Below are positions 1 through 15,235 of a DNA stretch of 64,000 nucleotides, one piece after another (the stretch's first letter is position 1; each line of letters starts with the position of its first letter). A program made the translations under genes and the position numbers. The stretch is from NCBI GenBank assembly GCA_951406725.2, contig OX597826.1:75578001-75642000 (forward strand), in the 5' to 3' direction. Under the pieces are notes generated by a model. That model was not told the DNA's origin, did not search any database, and saw only the letters and a program-made list of their open reading frames with translations. The stretch comes from Octopus vulgaris (lineage: Eukaryota).

Positions 1-705
1 CTTAGAGGGAAGGTGTGTAGCGTGTGATCGTCGCATTGACAATGACAGAGAATGTTGAGCAGAGAATCTGCATCAAATTTTGCCAAAAGCTTGGCAATAC
101 CTGCTCAGAGGTCTACGCAAAGATTTCAAAAGGTTTTCATCGTTCTCAACACAATCGAGGAGATCTTGTGCAACTGAAACCCGACTGTCTTTTTGATCAG
201 CTGAAAGCAGTTTTATCACAAACTTGGCAGACACGCATCTCATACCCAAATCTTCAGCAATATTGGACTGAACAGAATCGTAATTAATCTGCACATCCTC
301 TGATAACTCACGGATGGTGATTCAACGACTTCCCTTCACAGCTGCACGTACATCTGAAATGGTTTCCTCAGTTCTGCTGGTTGCGGGTCTCCCATAACGT
401 TCGTCACTATCGACATTTTTCAGCCATCTTGGAAACGCCTGACCCATTCGTACACTTGAGTGCGGCTCATACACTCCTCTCCATACACTTTCTGTAGGCC
501 TCTAAGCATGTATCGCCATAACAAGTTTCTCTGTAATGATCAATACAACGATCACACGTTACACACGTTCCTTCCAAGCACTGCTGTAAACAACGGAAGT
601 GAGCTAGAACGATAAAGCTTAATGCGCATGCACAGCAGCGTTCAATGTCAATCTGTGCCAATCAGTCTGCTTGCTTTGGCTTCGTTACTTTGATCAGACT
701 TCGTA
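1..705 (-). mobile_element. Tc1/mariner (mariner-type) transposon relic with an inverted second 5' end
   Basis: Minus strand 122-500 translates, with stops, to KVYGEECMSRTQVYEWVRRFQDG*KNVDSDERYGRPATS...ITIRELSED...LGMRCVSAKFVIKLLSADQK (mariner HTH region). Plus 42-121 reads MTENVEQRICIKFCQKLGNTCSEVY (mariner N-terminus). A TIR-like end TA|CGAAGTCTGATCAAA lies at 705-689 on the minus strand. Confidence 0.8.
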
Positions 706-738
706 TATACCTACATACATACATATATATATATATGA

Positions 739-1188
<450 letters not shown>

Positions 1189-1332
1189 TGTTTAAAATGC
1201 CGACGAGCGGGAACGTGGAACTCTGAGTAACAGCTTTTGTGATATTTTCGCTGCTTTTTAATAAACCACATTACTCTACCACTGGTATTTGAGTACTATT
1301 TTCTTCCATTTATGTGATTTCTCTGGTGTATG

Positions 1333-1573
<241 letters not shown>

Positions 1574-1589
1574 GAGGGTATTATTACAC

Positions 1590-2290
1590 ATAAATGCCAC
1601 GACTGAATATATATATAGGAGAGTATCTGAATTCTAATAAAGAAGCAAAATAATGACTGAATATATAAACAAGCGCCTGTCCAACAGTGATTGCATCATC
1701 CATACTCTCAACAATGCGCCCTTAAATATGGTTTCTGATTACAAATATCTTGGGTCATACATATCATCATCTGGAAAAGATTTTCTAACTAGAAAGGGTA
1801 TGGCCTGGTCAGCCTGTAATGACATGCATAAGATCTGGTCATCAAATCTAAGTAGAGGCTTCAAACTTGAAATCTTCAAAGCCACAGTCGAACCAATTCT
1901 ACTATATGGCTCAGAAACGTTATCAAAGAAGCTTGAGAGGCGGTTGGATGGAACCTACACTCGCCTCCTTATGAGAGCTCAAAATCTCTCGTGGAAGCGC
2001 CATCCAACCAAAATGGGGAAACTACCACCTGTGTCATCTCTTGTGAAAGGTAGGAGAGTCCAGTTTGCTGGACATTGTTGTAGAGCTGAAAACGAGGTAA
2101 TTTCTACTCTTCTCCTCTGGAAGCCATCTACTCGCAATACCAGAGGGCGCACACTATCCTACCCTGATGTAATCTCTAAGGATACAGGCATCCAGCAACA
2201 GGACCTCCGTAATGCCATGATGGACCGTGAAGTCTGGCGTAGCATGGTAAATTCCATTGTCTCGACCACGGTCGAACAATGATGATGATG
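1590..2290 (+). mobile_element. RTE-group LINE 3' fragment (RT C-terminal region)
   Basis: ORF 1653-2282 contains YKYLGSYI, KGMAWSACNDMHKIW, ATVEPILLYGSET and RRVQFAGHC. It is followed directly by a (TGA)n tail. Confidence 0.8.
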
Positions 2291-2323
<33 letters not shown>

Positions 2324-2655
2324 TGTATGTATGTATGTATGTATGTATGTATGTATGTATGTATGTATGTATGTATGCATGTATGTATTATAAGCGTGTA
2401 TATATATGTTATTTCGTCGCCACTTATCAGAAACAATATACTGGCGTATTTATGTATATTATAATTCCAACAAACTAATTAAATTTCATGCTAAAGAGAA
2501 GATACGTGACATGGCTTAACTCAAGTTTGTTATCAGTTACACCAGATTACTGAGATTGAAAGCTTAATTCTGTCTGAAGGACGTTACACGGACTATTCAT
2601 AAGTGCATCTACACTTATTTACATGCATACATATATGAATATACACATTTACGTG

Positions 2656-2734
<79 letters not shown>

Positions 2735-2949
2735 CATATATGTGTTATGTAAGTATATGTGTATATATTTATACACACGCGCGCGCGCAAATATATTTGT
2801 GTATGTGTGTATATATATTTATATATATGTGTTTATATATTTATATATATATGTGTGTATGTGCGTACGTGTGTGTGTGTGTTTGTGTGTTTCTGTGTGT
2901 GTGTTTCTGTGTTTATATGTTTGTGTGTGTGTGTGTGTGTGTGTCTAGT

Positions 2950-4480
2950 GGATTCAGTGAGAAGATCTATTATACAAGGAATGCATTGTTTAAAAATAAA
3001 TTGGGCAGACTTTTCCTTAATTTAGCAGAATTAATCATTGACACCCCTTCTGTGAATGATCCTCCGGAACACCAGGTTCGCCACGGATATCGAAGATATC
3101 GTAATCCCTTTAATTATAATTTTGTAAGGACCCCAATAGCTAACAGGCAGATTAGGAATGCTTCCTCAAGAAAACGGGAAATCATATGGTTTACCCCTTC
3201 TTTTCCCTTCAAGTCAGAAATCGCTCCAAGTTATTGTTTTAGATTGTTGAAAAAAAAACGTCCCCAGGTCATAAATATCATTCTTTTTTTGTTAGGTCGA
3301 GTCTAAAATTATTGTATTCGACTATCCCTAACTTAGGTTCTGTAATCGCGGCGAATAATAAGTTTAAGCGTAGAAATAATATTATTGACAGAGACTCTAA
3401 TATAGCTGGCCGCAGGACGGATAAGAATATTGAAATTTAAAAAAAAACAAAGGCGAAATCTGTAAATAAAACCCGTAATTGTCGTTCCTGGGATTCATGT
3501 CCATTAAAGGGTTTTTGTTTGAGGAGAAACGTTGGGTATAAATGTGAGGTTATGACCCTTAATGAATCCAACAATTTATATATATATAGGGAACACAATA
3601 GATTTTAAGACTAAATATAGGGGACATTCGTTTATAAATTAGGACACGAAAAATCCAACTGCACTAGCCATTTATATTCAAAATGCGAAACAAAGAATAT
3701 AGACTTAATTGGTCGATTATCTCTGAAACTACTTCATACAACACACATTCAAGAATATGCAAATTGTGCACAAAAGAATCAATTGACATACTTCGTACCA
3801 AAAAAAAACCCCAAAAAACTATTACTTAATAAGATGTTTTGATTTTCTATAGACTTATATATTTCTCAACTTTAAAATTTTTCTCTCCAAAAATGGTCAG
3901 ATTGTATATTATTTTAACCTTCAACCCTTATTATATTTGGGACTCATCACCGCTAAGTGTTTTGCTAAGTGTTTCGCAGATTTAAACACTAAAATTCAGT
4001 ATTTATTTTATTTCACGCCCCAATTTTTAAACATATTAAAAAAAATTTAATCTTTTAAATCTTAAGGAATCTCTGAATAAAGAAATGTGGATAACTGAGA
4101 TGGATGGAAATGGTTTGCCCATTTCATACCACATGTTCATGAAACGGCCGTAAGAATTTGAAATTTCACTGCATTTAGCTATGGATCATTTTGAACCATC
4201 CTCTCATCCATTTAGTAATTTGGATTAATCCAATATAGACAGTGCATGTATAATAGTTTTCTCATTGATTCCAACCACGGACATACAATTTCATACGATC
4301 TCATGAGGGTATATTTATGTTTTATATTTTATATTGTGTCAACATGTATATATATCTACGTATATTTTATGAAGCATTCCGATGTTGAGAAATATATTGA
4401 CGAATTGAATTCTGACTCCTGAAATTTGTTCTCTTGTTATTAATTTTTATATTTCATGTTGCTCAATTAATTAGAGCGCT
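2950..4480 (+). mobile_element. Penelope-like element 3' part (GIY-YIG region plus pLTR), degenerate
   Basis: [12 protein letters not shown] near 3170, NCRSWDSCPLKGFCLRRNVGYKCEV near 3480, and a YIG-like motif near 3585. A hammerhead-like 3' half GAAACGGCCGTA lies at 4141-4152. Confidence 0.75.
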
Positions 4481-4507
4481 AATTTGTTGTCCTGTGCAGG
4501 GAGTTAT

Positions 4508-4652
4508 TCACTGAGGTCGACTATGCCTTTCATCCTTTCGGGGTCGATAAATTAAGTACCAGTTACGCACTGGGGTCGATGTAATCGACTTAATCCGGTT
4601 GTCTATCCTTGTTTGTCCCCTCTGTGTTTAGCCCCTTTTGGGTAGTAAAGAA
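4508..4652 (+). mobile_element. SINE family C, 3' part
   Basis: GAGGTCGAC..GCCTTTCATCCTTTCGGGGTCGATAAATTAAGTACCAG core shared with many copies in the window. Confidence 0.8.
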
Positions 4653-4655
4653 ATA

Positions 4656-4734
<79 letters not shown>

Positions 4735-4835
4735 TTATATATATGTATTTATATTTATACTTATATATATATATATATATATACATCTATATATTCAAAT
4801 TTATATATATTTAAATTTATATATATGTATATATT

Positions 4836-4868
<33 letters not shown>

Positions 4869-4960
4869 GTATATATACATACATACATATATATATTTAT
4901 ATGTATGTATACATACATACTTACATACATACATATATGTATGTATACATACATACTTAC

Positions 4961-5028
<68 letters not shown>

Positions 5029-5034
5029 CTGGAG

Positions 5035-7618
5035 TATATAAAAAAAAGCAAACGACGAAGACGGGTGTTAGAACAACAAACAGATGTATTAGTTTAACGC
5101 TCCGAAAGTGAAACTGTCTTTAACATCTCGAGCCTACGCTCTTCAACAGAATGGAATAAGAAATAAGCAGAGAGAGAGAGAAAATTAAAAAAAAGGTGGC
5201 TAGCGAAAAAAGTGACTTGCGATCAACCATGGAGAATGCCGGACAGAGGTGGTCAGAGAGGCGTAGCTAGGAAGAAGGGGAGATAAAAAAGTAATGGTGA
5301 TCCCAAACGAAGGTTTGCGAGCGTGTATGTGCATGTGGATAGGGGCTGGTGATCTTGACGTGTGCGTGTGTGCATGTGTAGGTGTGTGAATGATGGTGTG
5401 GGTGTTGGGAACTGGTCAGTGCTAGTGTGTGCGGAGTGGTGTGATGTGTTGTGGTGTGGTGTGGTAGTGTTGGGGGTGGGGGAGGCGATGCGGGAGGAGA
5501 AGCAAGGATGGGTGTGTGTTGGGTGAGGGTGGGGTATATCAAAGTCGGGTGTTAGGGTGGGCTGGGGTATGGGGGAGTGGGATGTGTGGGATGGGACGGG
5601 GTGGAATTGGATGTATAGGGATGGTGGGTGGGAATGTGTAGGAGTGGGGTAACAATGGAGGGAGAGGGTGAAATGGAAAATGTGGGTAGGAGTGAAGAGA
5701 GGAAATAGGTGTCAGAGTAAGAGAGGAGAGGAGAGGTGGGTGGGAGTGAAATGAGGAAATAACTGCGAGAGGAAGAGAGGAGAGAGAAGAGAGGAAGGGG
5801 TTAGATGAAGATGAGAGTCCGAATGGCCCCTGTGCAAGGACAATCCGAACACAGACAGGTGTTGTAGAGAATGAGCGGTAGACCATAAATGGCGCGATAC
5901 CGAGGTGTCGTTGCCGAGTCTGATGTCTCGAAGGTGTTCCACGAACCGGTCAGCCAAGCGGCGTTCCGTTTGAGCGATGTACAGGCAAGGACAGAAAGAG
6001 CAGGAGATGCCGTGAGAGACGTTGCTAGGAGTGCAGGTGAAGGATTCAGTGATGTAATAGGGACGATGATGGGTGGCCGTGACGATGGTGGTGTTGGAGA
6101 GGTAAGGGGCAACGGATGGTGGTGTTGGAGAGGTAAGAGCAGGGGAACGAGACAGGATAGCAGGTTGGATTAGGGGAGAAACTGTGGACCAGGAGATCAC
6201 GTAGGTTGTAGGTTCGTTTGAAGGAGGGGAGGAGTCGGTTAGGGAAGGTGTGCGAAGTGGAGGGGTCGGACTGGAGTCGCTGGAAGGCTCGGACAACGGT
6301 GCGTTGGAGAAGTAGGGTGGTGGGGTGGTAGGTGAGGGGAAACGGGAGACGGGTGACGGCAAGGCGGGTGCAGAGGAAGAGAGCAGATGCACGGTCCATG
6401 GAACGTGCTCTGGCAAAGGCGGTATGGATAGTGGTGAGCGGATATCCACGTAAGATGAAGTGGCGAGCCATGAGTTGAGACTGAGTCTCAAAGTCATGGC
6501 TGTCACTGCAGAGCCTGCGCAGACGGAGGAATTGGGAATAGGGGATGGAAAGCTTGGTGTGTTTATGGTGGGAGGAGGAGAAGTTGAGGTATGAGTGTGA
6601 GTCTGGGTGTTTGTAGTGGATGGAGGTGGTGAGAGTGGAGTGATGAATGCTGACTGAAATGTCAAGAAAGGCGACGGAAGTGTCGGAAATAGTGAAGGAG
6701 AAGTGGAGGGCAGGATGGAAAGATTGGACAAAAGAGAGGAAGGAGTCTAGTTGTTCGCAGGAGAGTGAAGTCACACCCATTCAGTCGTCAATATAACGAC
6801 CATATAGTTCGGGAGTGGGGCCCAGTGAAACTTGAGAATATTTGGGCCTCAACGTAGCCAACGAACAGGTTCGCATAGTTGCGGTTCATTCTTGTTCCCA
6901 TGGCCACTCCCGAAGTTGCTTGTAAAAATCGCCCGCGAACGAGAAGCAGTTAAGGGATATAACAATTTCGGCCAGACAAAGAAGTGTGGATGTGTCAGGT
7001 TGGGGCTTGGATCCAGGTTAGGGGTTGGATCGGAGCTCAAGGTAGTGTTGGAGTGCACGAAGACCCTTGTGGTGAGGGATCACCGTGTAAAGGCTCTGGA
7101 TGTCAAGTGTGAAGAGAAGTTTAGAGGAGCCAGAAGGGAAGGAGAAAGTGTTGAACAGACGAAGAGCATGGTTGATGTCATGGATGTGAGAGGAGAGGGA
7201 AACCACTAGAAGGGCGAGGACACGGTCAGGATGTCTGGAGATGAGTTCGGTGGGGCAGTTGCAGGTGGAGACGATGGGTCGTCCAGGGTTGCAAGGTTTG
7301 TGGATTTGGGAGAAGAAGTTAATTGTGAGGGTGCAAGGGATGCGTACAGCGAGGTTGGAGGCGGTGGAGGAAACGGGGGGGGGGGTAGGAAATGATATTA
7401 TTCATAGTGGAGGACATCGTCTGTTGGTAGCTGGGCGTGGGGCTGGAGGACAGAGGGCAGTAGAAGGAGGTGTCTTGAAGTTGGCGGAGAGCTTCGGCTT
7501 TGTAGAGGTCTGCGTGCCACATCACCATGGCTCCACCCTAGTCAGTTGGTTTTATGATGATGTCTTTGCGGTGTCAGAGACATCGAAGGGCCGAGAGTAT
7601 GGCTGGGGAGATGTTCAG
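5035..7618 (-). mobile_element. Penelope-like retroelement (RT + GIY-YIG endonuclease), frameshifted
   Basis: Minus-strand fragments: KIHKP.CNPGRPIVSTCNCPTELIS (~7240-7320), LLFTLDIQSLYTVIPH, FHPALHFSF..VAFLDI..SIPYSQFLRLRRLCS, and CSFCPCLYIAQTERRLADRFVEHLRDI (GIY-YIG). A degenerate hammerhead lies at 5117-5150. Both ends abut (TA)n. Confidence 0.9.
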
Positions 7619-7647
7619 ATGTATATATATATATATATATATATATA

Positions 7648-7965
7648 AAGCACTCCGTCGGTTACGACGACGAGAGTCCCAGCTGATACGATCAACGGAA
7701 CACCCTGCTCGTGAATTTAACGTGCAAGTGACTGAGCAATCCACAGACACGAGTACCCTTAACGTAGTTCTCAGGGAGATTCAGTGTAACACAGTGTGTG
7801 ATAAGGCTGGCCCTTTGAAATACAAGTACTACTCATTTTTGCCAGCTGAGTGGACTGGAGCAACGTGAAATAAAATGTCTTGCTCAAGGACACAACGCGT
7901 CACCTGGAATCGAACTCACGACCTTACAATCGTGAGCCGAATGTCCTAAACACTAAGCCACGCGC
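7648..7965 (-). mobile_element. tRNA-derived SINE (different head, family A tail 1)
   Basis: Head GCGCGTGGCTTAGTGTTTAGG..GAGTTCGATTCC. The 3' end CTCGTCGTCGTAACCGACGGAGTGC is shared with the copies at 48661 and 63213. Confidence 0.8.
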
Positions 7966-8185
7966 TTATATATATATATATATATATATATAAATACATA
8001 ATTATTTGCAGGAACCAATACAATCAAGGTATTTTATAAGGGCAGTAAGGTGGGGTCAAGAACAACATATCCGTGCATCAACAGTAGATGTGGACACTCA
8101 CGTACATACGAATGTATACACAAACAACTTGCTCTGTTACTTAAATATACAGATCAATATACACATGGATATAAGTAACCATTAT

Positions 8186-8400
8186 AAGGCGGCGAGCTGA
8201 GAGAAACGTTAGCACGCCAGGCGAAATGCTTTGAGGTATTTCGTCTGTCTTTACGTTTTGAGTTCAAATTCAGCCGAGGTCGACTTTGCCTTTCATCCTT
8301 TCGGGGTCGATAAATTAAGTACCAGTTGCGTATTGGGGTCAATCTAATCGACTGGGTCCCTTCCCCAAAATTTCGGGCCTTGAGTCTAGAATAGAAAAGA
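8186..8400 (+). mobile_element. SINE family C, near full length
   Basis: AAGGCGGCGAGCTG..GAAACGTTAGCACGCC..GAGTTCAAATTC..GAGGTCGACTTTGCCTTTCATCC. Confidence 0.85.
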
Positions 8401-9035
8401 ATATAAGTACCCATTTATATATAAAACCACACAGAGTCATACTCCGGCATATAGTTCACTGTATGCTCCAGATCCAACGAAAAACGGTACAGACTTTTGT
8501 TGCAACCTAATTTATCAATCGATTCCGGGATTAATCTCACGGATTATTCAACTTCAGTAGAGAATGCGAAGAGGGGATGATCCGTGGGATTAACCCTGAA
8601 ATTGATTCAATATAGAGATAACAAATTAAAAAAAAAAAGAATTCTGTTGGCTTGCCTTCCTCGATTTCAGCACGACGTGTATTCATGTGAATGTATATTA
8701 TAATGTGGTGATTGACGATTTAAAGTCAATTCCCAGTATATTGGCAGAGAAATCTTTTTTCTTTTGCCCTTGTTTATAATTGTTCATATATATATATATT
8801 CACGCATATATAGAGAGAGCGTGGTCGAAATTTATTAAATAACACAATACATACATACATGCATACATACATACATACATACATACATACATGCATGCAT
8901 GCATACATACATACATACATACATACATGCATACATACATACATACATACATACATACGTACATACATACATATATGTATATAGATATATACATATATAT
9001 ATGTATATATATATATATGTATATATATATATGTA

Positions 9036-9091
<56 letters not shown>

Positions 9092-9414
9092 TGTTTTGTG
9101 TATTCATTCTTGTACAAAGTGGGATGACACTCTGATCTAACGAAGGACGTATTCAAAACAAATACTGACCTGAAGAGATACGTTTTACACCCTTGATGGA
9201 CGGTAGTAATTACACAAGATGTTAATGATATCTCACCAATATACTTTGAGTGTGACGGTGTGGAAACTATTGCAGTGACACCCGAATGAAGGATGTCCTT
9301 TAATTCTCATTCTTTTCATTATATAAACTCTACCGACACTGTACAGTTCCAGATATTATATCAAGGGATAGCAGACAGGGCTTTGTATAGCATATAACAA
9401 GGGGTTTTCTTATA

Positions 9415-10110
9415 TTTTAGGAGTTATTGTTGATAACAATCTCAGTTGGAGTGCCCATATCAACAATAATGTCAATATAGTTCGTAGGATGAGCTCCTGG
9501 ATCCTAAGAGCCTTCCGGTCCAAAGGACAAGATGTCATCATTCCACTTTTCTTTTCCTTTGTATGGCCACATCTCGAATGCTGTGGTCTTCCTATACGAA
9601 ATACAACATCTCGAAAATTGAATCACCCCAGAGGACATTCACTAAATTAATTAAGGGCATGACTGATCTCGATTACTGGGACCGCCTTAAAGCATTCATA
9701 TTCTACTCTCTCCAGCGCCGCCGCGAGCGATACGCCATTTGCACGATGTGGAGAATATACCGCCAGCATTACCTAAACGACCTCAATATTAGCTTTAAAA
9801 TTCATTCAAGGCTAGGACCATGGGTCATACGCCCCCTATCCAATTCAGGATCACATGTAAATACACTGCAACACAATTTCTGTTCCTCAACAGGCCCTGC
9901 CCTATTTAACATTGTCCCAAAACAGATCAAAGCTGAAAAGGATCCCATCAACTTTGAACGGAATCTGGACAAATTTCTTCAAGGAATACCAGATAACCCA
10001 CCTGTACCTGCATACAACTCACCCAACGAAAAGTCCCTACTCGAATGGACCACGATACCACAAAACTAAAGTTGAAAAGGACTTAGATAATCCTATCAGG
10101 ATCTTTGGTG
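9415..10110 (+). mobile_element. CR1-group LINE 3' RT fragment
   Basis: LGVIVDNNLSWSAHIN near 9420; ORF 9563-10069 KIESPQRTFTKLIKGMTDLDYWDRLK..YSLQRRRERY. Confidence 0.8.
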
Positions 10111-10127
10111 GAAACATATATAAACGA

Positions 10128-10167
<40 letters not shown>

Positions 10168-10191
10168 TAGATAGATAGATAGATAGATACA

Positions 10192-10250
<59 letters not shown>

Positions 10251-10994
10251 CGAAGGCGGCTATACGCAATATAAAACCAAAGAGGAAAAATTCAGTTGTT
10301 ACTAATTGTAAGTGAGGGTGCAGGTCAGCATATGTTCATGTACTGGCAAGGGGGGATAACCGCCGTAGAGCGAACGAGATTACTATGCTAGTGAAGTTTC
10401 GCTTGAAATGACAAGCTCATTAGTAATGACTATTCCATCGTTGGACGGTTTGGCTAAATCCTGTCTGTATATATATTACCATATGGATCAATGGCTGATA
10501 TGGAAATTATAAAACAACGAAGGCGGCTATACGTCAATATAAAACCAAAAGGAAAAATCCACTTGTCACTATTTGCAACTGAGAGTCCCAGCGTATCCCC
10601 TACGTTCCTAGAAATGAGAGTTATATGGTATAAGTTATGTATTTATGGTATATAACAAATGAGAGAAACAAGAAATGGAATTCACGATTTTCTTTATTAA
10701 GAACAACGATTGTTCTGATCCGTCTGGCGTCAGGCTCTGCCAGGTGAGATACTGTGCAACTGCTTGTTTTGCATCCTTCGGTGCAGATGCATCTCGTCGT
10801 GGGACTTTTCAAAAGGTACCTCGCTCAATAAACTCGGTTTCCCTTCGTTCTATCATAATGCATGTCGTTATTTGCCTGTAGAGCCTGGTTGCACACAGGT
10901 TCCTTGCTTTGGAATCACATGGGACACTTTTAATTTTTGTATGCAGTTAATAGGTCTACACACACACACGCGCACACACATGTATATATATATG

Positions 10995-11477
<483 letters not shown>

Positions 11478-11564
11478 GTTTATAATTTTAACCTTTAAAG
11501 GTATTTTTTAATATACTGGCCATTGATAAAATTTTTTTCTTTCGAAAAAAATTTTATCCTACAT

Positions 11565-11626
<62 letters not shown>

Positions 11627-11628
<2 letters not shown>

Positions 11629-11823
11629 CATTTAGAGATAATAGACCCCTTCATCTCACCATAAACATTTTTAAAAATTTTAAATACCTACTACTTTATA
11701 ACTTGGCTACACGGGAAATGTACCTCATGAAACACGTGTAGCCAAGTTATAAAGTAGTAGGTATATAAAATAAAAACTCTTTTTTATATGGCGAGATGAA
11801 GGGGCCTACTATCTCTAAATGAA
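11627..11823 (+). repeat. ~200-bp palindrome with the 3' half of a hammerhead at its centre
   Basis: Arms at 11627-11713 and 11735-11823; GAAAC-ACGT-GTA at 11729-11740. Confidence 0.75.
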
Positions 11824-11909
11824 AATATATATTTCTTCATTGAGAATAATTTGAATCCCTGTTATGCCGGAATTTTTATTTCCTAAGAAATAACATTAAA
11901 TATATATAA

Positions 11910-11944
<35 letters not shown>

Positions 11945-12159
11945 AAGAAAGAGAGGAGAGAATGAGATAGATAGGTAGATAGATAAACAGACACACAGGC
12001 AGACGGACAGATATAGCCAATTAAGTAAAAATCAAATAAATGAAAATAAACTTAAAAATTAAAATTAATAATTAAATACTGAAAATTAATTAAAGATATA
12101 CACATATACCTATGTATTTATGCATGCACACACCCACACATTATATATATATATATATA

Positions 12160-13000
12160 AGCAGAAGCGGAGGCAGAATTCGAAAAATCTCTCATTACCG
12201 CTATAGGGTTTAGTTTCGGTAAGACTGACCCATTTAAATTCATAGCTAATATTTCAGGAATTGAGTGAGCGAATATTTTCAGCTAAACGAGGTATTAGAT
12301 TTCAGGTTAACTTTACGAAAACTGTGCTTGGAGGTTGAGATCTTGAGTTTCTCCGAGTTAGTAGTGGTTTCAATATAATAACTAGTATTGGAACATGTAG
12401 GTATCACCATTCATACACCACATTAACTTGGACCAATTTCCATTCAATGGACACTTATTCCCAGGTTTGGATTTACACGTGTTCTGGAGTATGTGTTATT
12501 GTTGGTAATATAGGGGGCCCGTTATCTATAGTTTCCAGTCAGGGTATGTTAAGATGCTCAGCGTTTGTCCCGGGTCAGTTACGGAATTTGTGGTAGTAAC
12601 AGAATCAGTGCTAGCGGGAACTACAAGCGGAGTGCCCAGTGGAAGACTCAGTATTAAGTTCCATTTTAATGTGATCCCTTGTACAGGACTTGAAAAATAG
12701 GGGTTAGATATTCTCACATTGGCCCGATAGGGAGATTTACGATATTAGATTTTTAGTTTGTACTTATAAGATGGAGCTAAAGCAGCTGCTAAATTTTTAG
12801 ACGTGGATTAGGATTATATAAAGGGTTTTCTATTAAAGATTTTAATAGTTTATAAAAGGCCTTCGGAATAGCGGTTTTAGTGTTATTAGCGAAGAGAGGG
12901 TTATACAAACATATTTTGTGCTTCCTGGGTTTACTGATGTATGTAAAACCCAGCGTTCGATGCAGTTGAAGGAACTTGGCATTCTGAGGTTCGCCAGCAT
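12160..13000 (-). mobile_element. Degenerate PLE fragment
   Basis: KPRKHKICLYNPLFANNTKT resembles the PLE IIWFNPP motif; VVYE and HSFRK-like remnants lie further along the minus strand. Confidence 0.5.
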
Positions 13001-13005
13001 CCCCC

Positions 13006-13044
<39 letters not shown>

Positions 13045-13057
13045 GTCTCTCTCTGTC

Positions 13058-13096
<39 letters not shown>

Positions 13097-13722
13097 GTCT
13101 CTCTCTGTCTCTCTCTCTCTGTCTCTCTCTCTGCATATATAATAAAAACAGATCACCAACTGATCCATTGATCAACCAAGAAGTCAGTGATCACTTGTTT
13201 ATCTGGTAACCTAATGAGCTGGAACTCATGTAACATATTACGCAATCTAACGAATTGCATTAAGTTTATGTCAATAAAACTCTTAACGAAACAATTGCAG
13301 CAGTATCAGATATTCTATTTGTCTGTTTTTATAACATCTTTTATGTCTCGCTTAACTTGGATAATTTTGGATATTTTTGGATAATATTTGGAGTCGTGGA
13401 TCACCTGACAAACAGTGAACAAGGCATTCTATGCTGACTCTTAGTGGATTATTTGACAGTCTGGTTTACGTCTTTCCGTTTAGCCATTTTGCCTTGTGAT
13501 TCACGTTGATATGCCTTGATCGTTTATGAATCCTCTTTACTCAATAGTATCATACATACATTGCACACACACACACGCACACGCATGCATATATATATAC
13601 ATATGTATGTTTATATATATGTATATATGTATATATATAGATATATATATATATATGTATGTATATATATGTGTGTGTATGTATATATGTATATATATGT
13701 ATATAAGTATATATATATATAC

Positions 13723-13816
<94 letters not shown>

Positions 13817-15137
13817 TAGCAGAGCTACCCGGCGTTGCCCGTGTTACATACAATTTAAGAATTACACTTTTCTGTTATATTTTCTCTAATGAACTGGAAT
13901 ATCTATGTTTCGAATTTCATCAAAATTGCAGATGAAGGTTATTTCCCTCTTTACACCCCACCTCCAAAAAAAATTGTAATCGTACCACATATATCCCATA
14001 TTACTGGTTTTATGCGCATATTCCAAAATTCCAGTCATATTGAACCTGTTAAAAAGATTTTGCTTCTGAAAAATGAAGGTCATAGACCTCTAAAATGTGA
14101 GAGTTAAGGCTCCTGTTGGGGGTGGGCATCTTAATGTCAACCAAAGAGGTTGAATTGTTGAGAATCTTTTTTACTTGGGTCTTATATCTATTGTTTGAAT
14201 TTCTTTGAAATAGGAAATATATGTTCACTGGGTTTGTAAAAGAGAGCAATGCTACAGGTAACCAAAAGACGAATGATCACAATAAGCAGTCAGTTACCCT
14301 ACCCTAGTCGTTACCACTCCCGATGTAGGATTCCTCACCATCCAGGTGACAGGCACAGCTGTAAGATGCATTACGAATCTATAGTAATTGGATGGGGGTG
14401 ACCCAACTGAAATAAACATTAACAACTGTGTGACGTGAGGGCTAAGGAGAAATGAAATTTGGAGTTTGCAAATGACCACTATACTGATATGTAACTGGAC
14501 AGAATAAATTTACAATCTATAAATGTCTTTGAATAACCAGTCACTCGTCTGGGAAGGCCTTGAAATCAATGTTACCATCTGGGGACTATGTGTGAACGAG
14601 TGATAATAAAAAGACTGAAAGGAGGCCTGCAATCAAATAACTTTACTCAACACTTTGCAACTGAATCAGTGGAGACAAAGATGCCTCTCATTTACTTAAC
14701 AATTTATGCACCACATTGCAGAAATCACAATGTAAGTGTATGTCAAAGCAAACTGTTACACCGTTGTACCATTGAATTAGAGATAATGCTCAACTTTTAT
14801 GCTCGGGTAACCCTACAGCTTCGAAGAGCGCAACTGTATTCGTTTTTGCTTTGATAAAAAGACAAAATTGTGGGTGTTAAGTCCCCATGGTGGGGTCTTT
14901 ATAACTTGAAAGAAGATGAAATTTTATAAACATTATTTCATTTGTGTCTAATATCTATGGTTAAAATTTCCTCAACACCAAAAATACATGAATTGTCATG
15001 GGGGTTATGGCCCTAATGCATAGAATATAATTTCCAAATTTCATATAGATTCATTCAGTACTTTTGACCTAGTTTTGGATAAAAAAAGAAATGACTAAAA
15101 TTTGGGAGTTAAGGCTCTATGTAGATAGATAGATAGG

Positions 15138-15235
<98 letters not shown>

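Noticed and set aside
5267-6731. Pro/Ser-rich extensin- or mucin-like ORFs
   Set aside because: These are off-frame readings of a C-rich Penelope-like element. Only the GIY-YIG stretch is in its true frame.
9165-9280. CTGAAGA..GAAAC hammerhead candidate
   Set aside because: Stem I, stem II closure and the NUH site could not be assigned convincingly.
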